In this document: positions 20,927 to 29,971 of the stretch, piece after piece
How the letters are laid out: every line of letters starts with the position of its first letter
Position numbering within the stretch: the first letter of the stretch is position 1
IMG/VR virus record: IMGVR_UViG_3300030116_007024
Coordinates: 1 to 64,000 of that record
Reading direction: 5' to 3' (one strand)
Length of the DNA stretch: 64,000 nucleotides
From: a virus
Made by a program: the position numbers and the translations under genes
Notes under the pieces: model-generated
What the model was told of the DNA's origin: nothing
The model's input: the letters and a program-made list of their open reading frames with translations, nothing else
The model's database searches: none

Positions 20927-21060
20927 ATAAAAAGTTAAAAAGAAAACTTGAAGTTATGTGGTATTATATTAGTTGGCCATATAATTATATTAAGTTAGAA
21001 ATTCGTTATAGGAAAAAATTAAAAGCACTCCGCGAACAAGACCCTTTCATTTATGATTGA
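20923..21060 (+). CDS. 45-aa small protein not in the ORF track (MNKKLKRKLEVMWYYISWPYNYIKLEIRYRKKLKALREQDPFIYD)
   Basis: Exactly fills the gap between neighbours, with an ATGA overlap upstream and an 8-nt overlap downstream; ends in PFIY. Confidence 0.75.
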   Translation: MNKKLKRKLEVMWYYISWPYNYIKLEIRYRKKLKALREQDPFIYD

Positions 21061-21880
21061 GACAAAAAAGTTATTAGACCGTATTGAGTTATTATTTCCT
21101 TGTAAAGAAAATATACGCTTCAGACGTGCAGTTCTGGACCATGATTTTGAGGCAATAAGATATATTCTTGAAGAACTAAATCAATTTAAACCTTGGTCGT
21201 CTTTTTTACACAACATAATAAAAAAAGTTAGAGACTTTCCAGAAATTGAAGAATGTTTACACGCATCACAGATACAATCAAAGCATTGGTTATTACAGGA
21301 ATTTAAAAATATATTAGAAGAACCAGATTCACAGTATATACGAACGGTGTTTATATACGGAGGATGGTATGGTGTATTAGCAGGAATATTGTTTGCCTAT
21401 TTAAATGTAGATAGGATAAGAAATTTTGATCTTAATCCGGAATGTTATGAGCTTGCACGAAAAATAAATGTAGAACAAACAAAAACATGGGCGTTTACTC
21501 ATGCTACGTTAGATGTAAACAATATAGAGTATTATCAAAGTGAAAAACATAACAAATGGATTACAGAAGTAGAATATTTTAATAATAAAGGCGAAGGCAG
21601 TAAGTTAGAAGAACAACCGGATATTATTATTAATACAAGTGCAGAACACATGGTTCCTAAGTGGTATGATAATTTACCTAAAAACATTCTTACAATAATA
21701 CAATCTAATAATTATGATGATTTAGATGAACATATATTTTGTGTAAAAGATTTAACAGATATGAAAGAAAAATACCCAATGTCTAAAATCTTTTATGAAG
21801 GTGAATTAGATCAGTTAGGACAACCTGTACAAGGTATACCAAAACCATATAAACGATTTATGCTAATAGGAAGAAAATGA
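21053..21880 (+). CDS. Class I SAM-dependent methyltransferase-like protein
   Basis: IYGGWYG, NFDLN, DIIINTSAEH, IQSNNY, YKRFMLIG. Confidence 0.7.
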   Translation: MIETKKLLDRIELLFPCKENIRFRRAVLDHDFEAIRYILEELNQFKPWSSFLHNIIKKVRDFPEIEECLHASQIQSKHWLLQEFKNILEEPDSQYIRTVFIYGGWYGVLAGILFAYLNVDRIRNFDLNPECYELARKINVEQTKTWAFTHATLDVNNIEYYQSEKHNKWITEVEYFNNKGEGSKLEEQPDIIINTSAEHMVPKWYDNLPKNILTIIQSNNYDDLDEHIFCVKDLTDMKEKYPMSKIFYEGELDQLGQPVQGIPKPYKRFMLIGRK

Positions 21881-22605
21881 GTTGTGATGTATTTTTTTTA
21901 AGTTATAACGAAGAGTTTGCAGATGAAAACTTTGAGTTAGTGCAATTAGTAGCACCTCATGCAAAACGTGTACATGGCATTAAAGGAATATTTAATGCAC
22001 ATAAAGAATGTGCAAAGCAAAGTCTTACTAAAAACTTTTACGTAATAGATGCAGATGCAATATTAGAACCAGGGTTTTATTTTGATTTTGAACCTAGAGA
22101 CGATTTATACTGGTGGGCTGGAGTATCTCAAACTGCATGTGTTCATGTGTGGAGAAGTAAAAATCCTATTAATGATTTATTATACGGATATGGTGGAGTT
22201 AAACTTTTTCCTAAACAAGCATTATTAGATTTAGAAGATTGGCACATTGATTTTACTAATTCAGCAAGTGGTAATTTTAAAGCAATGGCACAAGTAAGCA
22301 ACGTTACAGGTTTTAATACAAGTCCTTATAACACATGGAAAAGTGCATTTAGAGAATGTACTAAACTTGCATCGGGTGTAATTAAAAACAAGTACGACGG
22401 ACAAGTAGATAAAAACACAACTGATAGATTAGATACTTGGTGTACTGTTGGTGCAGATAGATTATACGGTAAAGATGCTTTACGTGGAGCAAATGAAGGC
22501 AGAGCATACGGTGAAAAATATGCTAATGATGCTAAAATGTTGGACAATATAAATGACTTTGATTGGCTTAATTCAGTCTGGGAGGGCAAGGTATCTATTA
22601 AGTGA
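21877..22605 (+). CDS. GT-A-like glycosyltransferase (paralog of 536..1507)
   Basis: DVFFLSYNE, HGIKGIFNAHK, VIDADA, NDLLYGYGGVK, SAFRECTK. Confidence 0.7.
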   Translation: MSCDVFFLSYNEEFADENFELVQLVAPHAKRVHGIKGIFNAHKECAKQSLTKNFYVIDADAILEPGFYFDFEPRDDLYWWAGVSQTACVHVWRSKNPINDLLYGYGGVKLFPKQALLDLEDWHIDFTNSASGNFKAMAQVSNVTGFNTSPYNTWKSAFRECTKLASGVIKNKYDGQVDKNTTDRLDTWCTVGADRLYGKDALRGANEGRAYGEKYANDAKMLDNINDFDWLNSVWEGKVSIK

Positions 22606-23718
22606 CCAGTCTTTAAACGCCGGCGATGCAAACAATGGAAATAAATTTCCACATCCTTGAAAAATATGTCTTTGTGTAAGTCTATTCCAACGCAATAAAT
22701 CTTTTAAAGAAAAAATGGTTACGTTTAATTTGGAATTTAAATGTCCATGTAAGGTTAATATTTCTTCCATTGAAGGTTCATTATATGGTGCTAGTCTAAT
22801 ATGCAACATACCTTGCATATCTTTAATACATTGTATTAAATTTATAGGAATTTTATCTCGTTTTTTAACCATATGAAGTAATGGTTGAGCTGGTAAAAAG
22901 TTTTCATATGTTCTATAAAATATACAACTTACACAATCACTATTTTCAATTTTACTAGCAAAGTATAAAGATGTAAAATAGTTATAACCTTCACCGTAAA
23001 AGACATATTTTTTAGTATTAGGTATTAATGTTTTTATATACTCAGCAAGCTCAGAAAGTTCCATGTTATTAATACCAAACTCTCCTGCTTGCATTATAGC
23101 ATCTTTATATGATTGTTTAATTAAAATTAAGTTAGCATTTAACTTTTTTAAACGTTCAACATAAGGAAAAGATACGTTAGTATTTTTAACACTACATGAC
23201 CATCTTCCTGTTTCGGTAAATATCAATGTATAAGGAAGTTTTTTATCTAGTACATATATATTGTTGTCAATGTTTTTAAAATCTTGTAATGGTTTAGCAT
23301 TTTTTGCACTATTATTATCTCTTGTACGAAACACCCAATGTTTTTCATTCCATCGTTCAGGATACTTATGAATATTAAATCCAGTATCTTTAGAACTATA
23401 ATTAATTATAAATATACCAGATTCATTATGTTCTTTGTTACTGAGAGTAAAGTTACCAGGCAAACAATATGTTGTATTTGAGAAATCGTGTTCGTGCAGA
23501 TTCCATTGGCGAGGAATAAATGAAAAAGTATCACTTGTTATATGTATTTTGTTACCACCATAAACAGGATGAATTTGCACAAATTGATCTATATTGAAAT
23601 CTATGTCGCACTGGCCTTGTACATATATGACATCAAAGTTTTTTTCTTTTTCTAAAGAATTTTTTTGATATGATTTATATCTTTTATTAATAAACTCTAA
23701 TATATGAAAGCGATCCAT
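22573..23718 (-). CDS. Hypothetical protein (possible alpha/beta-hydrolase-like C-terminal half)
   Basis: 381-aa ORF filling the gap. YVFYGEGYNYFTSLYFA resembles a degenerate nucleophile elbow (weak). Confidence 0.7.
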   Translation of the reverse strand: MDRFHILEFINKRYKSYQKNSLEKEKNFDVIYVQGQCDIDFNIDQFVQIHPVYGGNKIHITSDTFSFIPRQWNLHEHDFSNTTYCLPGNFTLSNKEHNESGIFIINYSSKDTGFNIHKYPERWNEKHWVFRTRDNNSAKNAKPLQDFKNIDNNIYVLDKKLPYTLIFTETGRWSCSVKNTNVSFPYVERLKKLNANLILIKQSYKDAIMQAGEFGINNMELSELAEYIKTLIPNTKKYVFYGEGYNYFTSLYFASKIENSDCVSCIFYRTYENFLPAQPLLHMVKKRDKIPINLIQCIKDMQGMLHIRLAPYNEPSMEEILTLHGHLNSKLNVTIFSLKDLLRWNRLTQRHIFQGCGNLFPLFASPAFKDWSLNRYLALPD

Positions 23719-25521
23719 ATGCTTAATTCAATTGAACTTTTAGATAGGTTTGAAATATTGGAACCTAGTAATTTAGCACTAAAAGATTTACGTCGATGTA
23801 TAGTTAATAAAGATGTTCGAAGTGTGTTTAAAATGTTCAAGAATATTTATGAAAATGATAACATACATCTTGTAGAGACTGCATGTTTAGATTTAAATGC
23901 ATATGCTTTTTTTAAGTTAGAAGAGAACTTAATTGGTAATGAAGATATGCCATTACTTAAAAAGATAATATGGCAACAAAATCCTTGGGCAGTTTTTAAT
24001 TTCTTTGCAAATCAAGATACTATTGATCCGTTATTAATTAGAAATGTAAAAAATGCTACTTTAATGGAGAAACCTAAAGCTCTCTTAAAATTATTAATAC
24101 ATAAACTTGGTACCGAAGAAGATCCTACTGTATATTTTTTAACTATCTTATTTTATAATACAAGATCTTATGATTTACGAAAAGTATATCGTGTTTTTTC
24201 ATTTTTGCAATCTAAAGGAATAGATATCTACGATGAACATGCGGAAATTTTTATAAAAGCTCTAAATGGAGTACCTATACATCTTGTAAGAATATTCAAG
24301 GCTATTACAAAGGATTTAACTTCTGAGGAACGAGAGGATTATGATTTAACAGTAAATTTCTTTGAAAAAGTTATGATAAAGGAAATGAAATATGACATAA
24401 GAGAAATATATAAAAGTTTTAGACACTTTAATTCTAAAATGGATATACATAATAAAGATAAAGAAATATTTGAAAAAATGATGAACAAAGTTCATTTGCA
24501 TGTAATAAAATTTCTGTCAGTAATGTATCCTAATCAATCATGGATTGAACATATAAGAAAATTTATTGTATTAGAAAATAAAATAAATTATGTCTGGAAA
24601 ATATGTAAAGAGTTTAATTTTCCGTATATAAAAGAACTTGAACTCGCAAGCAAAAATAAGTATTTTGGTATGAAAATGAAACCAGTGTTTGATAGATATA
24701 AAGGTAATAAATTGTACGATTCATATCAAAATGCAACAAATGGTAATGCAAATGAAAATGTACGAATATCAAACACATTAGATGTATTAAAAGAAACAAT
24801 AGGACAACAAACAATAATAGACGATATTAAAGGTAGTTTATTATACGATAATAGAGAAGCATTATATAATGTTGTTAAGTATACATCAAACGACAAACTT
24901 GTAAATACTTTGCAACGATTTGAATCAGAGCAACCTTCTGTATCTTTAAATGATGCGTTTAGTAGAGGCCAACTGTTTAGTAAAAAATGGATAGTAAATA
25001 AAATTAAAGACCTGGACTTAGGAACCATTGTTTTATGTGCAGGCTGGCACGGTTCTCTTATACATTTATTTGCTCGAGAAAATATTAAATTTAAACAATG
25101 TTTTAGTTTTGATATTAATTCTAAGTTTATTGAAACAAGCGAATTATTAAACAAAGACTTAGTACTTGATAATTGGAAATTTAAAGCAACCCATGCAGAT
25201 ATATTAGAATTAGATTATAATCCTGTTGTGTTTAAAACAGTAAAAGCAGACGGAACAGATGAAGTAATATCTGTTACACCAGATACTATTATTAATACAT
25301 CATGCGATCATATTAAAAATTATGATATATGGTATAATAAATTGCCTAACGATAAGTTGTTAATTTTACAAAATAATAATTATTTTGAAGAAGAAGAACA
25401 CGTTAATTCTGTAAAAGATTTAGACACTTTTAAAGAAGCATCGCCTATGTCTAATATAGTGTTTGAAGGTACATTAAATTTAGGCATGTATAAACGTTTC
25501 ATGCTAATAGGATACAAATGA
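23719..25521 (+). CDS. Methyltransferase-like protein with a large helical insertion (paralog of 21053..21880)
   Basis: Shared N-terminus LLDR(F/I)E and C-terminal CAGWHG, SFDIN, IINTSCDH, LQNNNY, YKRFMLIG. Start moved to ATG 23719. Confidence 0.7.
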   Translation: MLNSIELLDRFEILEPSNLALKDLRRCIVNKDVRSVFKMFKNIYENDNIHLVETACLDLNAYAFFKLEENLIGNEDMPLLKKIIWQQNPWAVFNFFANQDTIDPLLIRNVKNATLMEKPKALLKLLIHKLGTEEDPTVYFLTILFYNTRSYDLRKVYRVFSFLQSKGIDIYDEHAEIFIKALNGVPIHLVRIFKAITKDLTSEEREDYDLTVNFFEKVMIKEMKYDIREIYKSFRHFNSKMDIHNKDKEIFEKMMNKVHLHVIKFLSVMYPNQSWIEHIRKFIVLENKINYVWKICKEFNFPYIKELELASKNKYFGMKMKPVFDRYKGNKLYDSYQNATNGNANENVRISNTLDVLKETIGQQTIIDDIKGSLLYDNREALYNVVKYTSNDKLVNTLQRFESEQPSVSLNDAFSRGQLFSKKWIVNKIKDLDLGTIVLCAGWHGSLIHLFARENIKFKQCFSFDINSKFIETSELLNKDLVLDNWKFKATHADILELDYNPVVFKTVKADGTDEVISVTPDTIINTSCDHIKNYDIWYNKLPNDKLLILQNNNYFEEEEHVNSVKDLDTFKEASPMSNIVFEGTLNLGMYKRFMLIGYK

Positions 25522-26111
25522 TAGAAAATGCAATAAAAAATGCAGTAGTTGAAGATGTGCCATTCCCTCATGCGGTACTTAATAATTTTTTTGAAAAAAC
25601 ATATTACCAAGAATTATTAAATGCAATAGATGATGATAACACAACTCCAATACATTTACCAGAAGAAGATTGTTATCCTGATAAGCAACATATAATTGAT
25701 ATTGAAGATATAACAAAAAACTTTAGTTTCTGGGATAACTTTATGCAAATGATGTCTAGTGAAGAAATGTTAAACGAGTTAAAAGAAGTATGGGATTTAA
25801 AGTATCCTATAAACACTATTGTATATAATATTCATAAAGATAAAAAAGGATTTTACAGAGGTCCGCATAATGATGTTAAGTCGTGGAACAGAGAAATGGT
25901 TTCTATACAAGTATTTTGTCCAGCAAATCATGATTTGTCGCATACTGGTACAAGATTACATGAACATAAACAAATAGAATTTGTACCTAATAGAGCATGG
26001 ATATTTAAATCTTGCGATACAAGTGTACATTCAGTAGATGTTGTTGAAGACGATATGCCTAGAAATTCCATATTAATTAAATATATGGCTACAATGAGAA
26101 AGAATGAATAA
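25518..26111 (+). CDS. Fe(II)/2-oxoglutarate dioxygenase
   Basis: PFPHAVLNNFF, HxD (PHNDV), FVPNRA, distal His (VHSV), Arg (PRNS). Confidence 0.85.
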   Translation: MIENAIKNAVVEDVPFPHAVLNNFFEKTYYQELLNAIDDDNTTPIHLPEEDCYPDKQHIIDIEDITKNFSFWDNFMQMMSSEEMLNELKEVWDLKYPINTIVYNIHKDKKGFYRGPHNDVKSWNREMVSIQVFCPANHDLSHTGTRLHEHKQIEFVPNRAWIFKSCDTSVHSVDVVEDDMPRNSILIKYMATMRKNE

Positions 26112-26733
26112 AGAGTTAGCAGTAAAATATTTTAATGCACCTATTATAACAGAACCATGGAATCATATTGTTATTGATAATTTTTTACCAGAAGACTTTT
26201 GGAAATTCATCTTACATAAGTTTGCAACAGATACAACACCTCCAGATAATTTAGATGATTTTCATTATCCATATGGACAAGTAGTGAGTCCGGAAGCAAT
26301 AATGACACATGAAGAATGGCACACGACATCGGGGCTTTTTAAAAATAATACATTTAAAAGGACACTTTTTAAAAAATGGAATATAGAGTATGATGGTATA
26401 ATATACTGTAAGTTTGCCGTACACAAAGATCAAAAAGGATTTTATCAAGATCCTCACACTGATATAAAAGAATACGCTAAAGAAATTATTACAATGCAAG
26501 TATATTGTCCACCAGATGAAAGTTTAAAGCATCTCGGAACATCGTTGTTTAATTCTGTTGAATATAGACCTGAATTAAACGGACCAGAGTTTCATTCTAC
26601 AATAGACTTTATACCTAATAGATGTATTAGTTTTAAATGTGATCCAAATACGTGGCACGGAGTATTTCCTTTTGAAGAAGATACTAATAATAAAAGAAAT
26701 AGTTTGCGATTATTGTATTATGTACCAGTATAA
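26104..26733 (+). CDS. Fe(II)/2-oxoglutarate dioxygenase, tandem paralog
   Basis: PWNHIVIDNFL, PHTDI, FIPNRC, WHGV, KRNS. Confidence 0.87.
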   Translation: MNKELAVKYFNAPIITEPWNHIVIDNFLPEDFWKFILHKFATDTTPPDNLDDFHYPYGQVVSPEAIMTHEEWHTTSGLFKNNTFKRTLFKKWNIEYDGIIYCKFAVHKDQKGFYQDPHTDIKEYAKEIITMQVYCPPDESLKHLGTSLFNSVEYRPELNGPEFHSTIDFIPNRCISFKCDPNTWHGVFPFEEDTNNKRNSLRLLYYVPV

Positions 26734-27796
26734 TGAAATTAAAGCAGTTCATTTAGAAGTTACACAAAGGTGTCAAGCATCTTGTCCTATGTGCGACAGA
26801 AATGAAAACGGTGGCATAGTTAATAGACATTTAACTAATGCTGAACTTAGTTTAGCAGATTGCAAACAAATATTCAAGCCTGAATTTATTGCAAATTTAG
26901 ATAGAATGTATATGTGTGGTAATCATGGTGATCCTATTGTTGCGGAAGATACATTAGAAATATTCAAATATTTTAGAGATAATAATCCAAACATGTGGCT
27001 TAGTATGAATACTAATGCAGGAGCAAAAGACAGCGAGTGGTGGACAGAGTTAGCAAAAATATATGGGCGTATGGGTTGTGTATTGTTTAGTGTAGACGGA
27101 TTAGAAGACACTAATCATTTATATAGACAAAACGTACAATGGCCCATAGTAATGAATAGTATGCAAGCATTTATTAATGCTGGAGGACGGGCTAGATGGG
27201 ATTATATTATATTTGAACACAACGAACATCAAGTAGAAGAAGCAGAAACACTATCAAAGTTAATGGGTTTTGAAAAGTTTCAAAAAAAGAAAACAGGGCG
27301 TTTTTATTCTACTAATAAGTTTAAAACAAAAGACGAACATCAAGCAAAAAATAGAAAAGGTAAAGATACACAAAAACTTGAACTGCCAAAAGAAGAAAAG
27401 AATAAAAATAAAGCATTAGATAAAGTTGCTAAAATAGAAGAAAAATACGGCAGTATGCATGAGTATCATGATAAAGTTAAAATTGATTGTAAAGTAGCAA
27501 AAGAAAAAAACATATACATATCTGCTGAAGGATTAATGTTGCCCTGTTGTTGGACTGCTGGGCGTATGTATAAGTGGTGGTTTGAAGATCCACGTGAAGA
27601 ACAAATATGGAATTACATACAAGATAAAGATGCTATTAACACTAAAATACACGGATTACAAAGTGTAATGGAAAACGGATTTATACAGAGTATACAAAAT
27701 AGTTGGGCATTACCAAATACAAAAGCAGGTAAATTAAAAGTATGTGCCGACAAGTGCGGAGTTGAATTTGATGCATTTAAAGAACAATATACATGA
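26720..27796 (+). CDS. Radical SAM protein with C-terminal Twitch/SPASM-like cysteines
   Basis: CQASCPMC, CGNHGDP, SVDGLEDTNHLYR, LPCCW...CADKC. Start moved to ATG 26720 by alignment with 4505. Confidence 0.93.
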   Translation: MYQYNEIKAVHLEVTQRCQASCPMCDRNENGGIVNRHLTNAELSLADCKQIFKPEFIANLDRMYMCGNHGDPIVAEDTLEIFKYFRDNNPNMWLSMNTNAGAKDSEWWTELAKIYGRMGCVLFSVDGLEDTNHLYRQNVQWPIVMNSMQAFINAGGRARWDYIIFEHNEHQVEEAETLSKLMGFEKFQKKKTGRFYSTNKFKTKDEHQAKNRKGKDTQKLELPKEEKNKNKALDKVAKIEEKYGSMHEYHDKVKIDCKVAKEKNIYISAEGLMLPCCWTAGRMYKWWFEDPREEQIWNYIQDKDAINTKIHGLQSVMENGFIQSIQNSWALPNTKAGKLKVCADKCGVEFDAFKEQYT

Positions 27797-28313
27797 ATAT
27801 TTTATATGTTACGCAGGAGGTTGGCATGGAGATTTTATACATGATTTATTAAGTTTTAAATATCATGGTGTACGTGAACATGGACTAATTGAAGACTGGA
27901 GGAAAACATATCCAAACCATATATACATAGTTCCGTATAGTGTAAAAAATAATCGTTACAGAGTTTTTAATTGGTGGGAAAAAATTGGCAGGCGTAAACA
28001 TAGTGAAACAAATTTAAAAGACTATTATAAAAATTGTATAGACGATACACATAAAAATCTTAGTCAGCCAGATGTATATCCGCTAGATATTGATTTATTT
28101 TTAGACGAAAGCAACATGTTATATGTTAATTGGTTCTTTAGCCAGTTTAATATAGTGTGGTCGGAAAGAATGGAGATGCGGTATGTACAATTTAAAAAAT
28201 ACGAGTATTTTATGAACGAATTAGATAATAATTTTTTAGGAGAAATTAATGACGTCGACTTTTTGCATCCTGCCGTGGATGCACATCGCAACAAATTCTA
28301 CAGGAAACCTTAG
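27771..28313 (+). CDS. Hypothetical protein, P-loop/sulfotransferase-like N-terminus
   Basis: CYAGGWHGDFI resembles YISGTAGDFF in 47917..48861. Start uncertain. Confidence 0.55.
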   Translation: MHLKNNIHEYFICYAGGWHGDFIHDLLSFKYHGVREHGLIEDWRKTYPNHIYIVPYSVKNNRYRVFNWWEKIGRRKHSETNLKDYYKNCIDDTHKNLSQPDVYPLDIDLFLDESNMLYVNWFFSQFNIVWSERMEMRYVQFKKYEYFMNELDNNFLGEINDVDFLHPAVDAHRNKFYRKP

Positions 28314-29421
28314 GGTTTGTTGTAATGCAGTACCTACAAAAAGTTATATCTATAAGTCTGATGGAAAGCCATATAAACTATTTAGAGATGATATTAATGA
28401 AGCATGGCATTCTGAATCATATAAAAGCATACGACAAGACTTTTTAAATGGAAATAAACCTGAAATATGCGAACGATGTTTTAGAGAAGAAGATGCAGGA
28501 TTAAAAAGTGCAAGGCAAAGTGCTAATGAACAATGGGGTACAGAATGCAGTATGACAACTACTCCTAAAATGGATATACGTTATGTTGATTTACGTCTAG
28601 GTAATTTGTGCAATTTAAAGTGCAGAATGTGCAATCCATATTCATCTAGTATATGGGCAAAAGAATGGAATAAAGTAGTTACAAAAGAAGAACAAATTTC
28701 ACAAGATGAAGTTACTAGACTTGCACAAATGGATTGGCCTACAAAGGATAAAACGTGGGATAATATAAAAGAAATAATGCCTAGTGTAGAAATGATATAT
28801 TTTACTGGAGGCGAACCTACATTAACATTGCAACAAATGTCATTATTAGAATATTGTATTGATAATAATTACACAAACGTTACATTAAAATACAATACTA
28901 ATTTAACTAACATACCAGAACGTATGTTAGACTTGTGGAAGAACTTTAAAAAAATTAAAGTTAACGCAAGTATAGATGCAACATACAGACTTAACAGATA
29001 TATACGTTATCCTAGTGACTTTGAAGAAATTGAAAATAATTTAGAAATACTAGGCAACCTTCCAAACGTAAATATACAAATACACACTACTGTTCAAATG
29101 TATAACATAATGAAATTGGACAGAATATTACAGTATTTTGCAGACTATGATCACTATTTAAATATATTAAACCATCCTGAATATTTAAACATTCGTGTAC
29201 TAAAGCAACGACATAAAGAGTTAGTAACAGATCGTTTAGAACGATCATGGAAAGCAGGAGTACAAAATGAAAAGATTAAAGGTATAATTAAATATATGCA
29301 AGAAGACTGGTCAGACAAATGGCCGGAATTTGTTGCCTACACAAAAAACGTTGATAAACAACGTAATGAAACCATTTTAGAACATATAGAGGAATTCAAT
29401 GAAGATTGCAATGACTGGTAA
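28249..29421 (+). CDS. Radical SAM protein with N-terminal Twitch-like domain
   Basis: FCILPW...RVCC...CERC; CNLKCRMC; TGGEP; YIRYPS. Confidence 0.94.
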   Translation: MTSTFCILPWMHIATNSTGNLRVCCNAVPTKSYIYKSDGKPYKLFRDDINEAWHSESYKSIRQDFLNGNKPEICERCFREEDAGLKSARQSANEQWGTECSMTTTPKMDIRYVDLRLGNLCNLKCRMCNPYSSSIWAKEWNKVVTKEEQISQDEVTRLAQMDWPTKDKTWDNIKEIMPSVEMIYFTGGEPTLTLQQMSLLEYCIDNNYTNVTLKYNTNLTNIPERMLDLWKNFKKIKVNASIDATYRLNRYIRYPSDFEEIENNLEILGNLPNVNIQIHTTVQMYNIMKLDRILQYFADYDHYLNILNHPEYLNIRVLKQRHKELVTDRLERSWKAGVQNEKIKGIIKYMQEDWSDKWPEFVAYTKNVDKQRNETILEHIEEFNEDCNDW

Positions 29422-29971
29422 TCCTGAATATGGATTAGCAAAATCATTTAAAAAAATAAGTCCTGAAACAGAATTTTTTAGTAGAGAAACTGGTTGGGAT
29501 TTTGGTAATATTTTAACACGAAAAAAATTAGCAGATCATTTAAATGCTGAAGGATTTAATGTGTTTATTAATAGTAGTGCTTTAAATAATTTTAATCAAT
29601 GTTTATTACTAGAACAAATCTGGGATAGATGGAAGTTAACAGAACGACCTAAACAAATTATTTGTATTGGAAGCACTATTGATAGAGTCTCAAAAGGAAG
29701 TGATTGGATTTATGGTACTGAAAAACATGCATTAAAACAAATGTGCAATGGACTTAGTTTATTAGGAGTATGGAGTGAAATACAATGTAAAGTCACATAC
29801 ATTAGTTTTGGCTCACTTCGCACTCCTAAAGTTACACAAAAACACCCTGATAGGCGACTTATGGATGTTAATAAAGCCGCTACATATATTAAATGGGTAT
29901 TAGATCAACCCCAAGACATAAGTTTAAATGAACTTAGTATAGACCCAAAGCAGATTTTAGCAGATGACTGA
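29399..29971 (+). CDS. Short-chain dehydrogenase/reductase-like protein (compact)
   Basis: KIAMTGNPEYGLA, FINSS, IGS, YGTEK (YxxxK). Confidence 0.75.
   Translation: MKIAMTGNPEYGLAKSFKKISPETEFFSRETGWDFGNILTRKKLADHLNAEGFNVFINSSALNNFNQCLLLEQIWDRWKLTERPKQIICIGSTIDRVSKGSDWIYGTEKHALKQMCNGLSLLGVWSEIQCKVTYISFGSLRTPKVTQKHPDRRLMDVNKAATYIKWVLDQPQDISLNELSIDPKQILADD

Noticed and set aside
536-22605. Ordinary bacterial capsule or O-antigen locus
   Set aside because: There is no flippase, polymerase, chain-length regulator, initiating phosphoglycosyltransferase or ABC exporter. TctA is the only polytopic membrane protein.
27744-27830. Possible 1-nt frameshift: adding a T after ATG 27793 would give MNIFICYAGG with an ATGA overlap
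   Set aside because: An in-frame ATG at 27771 explains the gene without a frameshift, and this cannot be resolved without reads.
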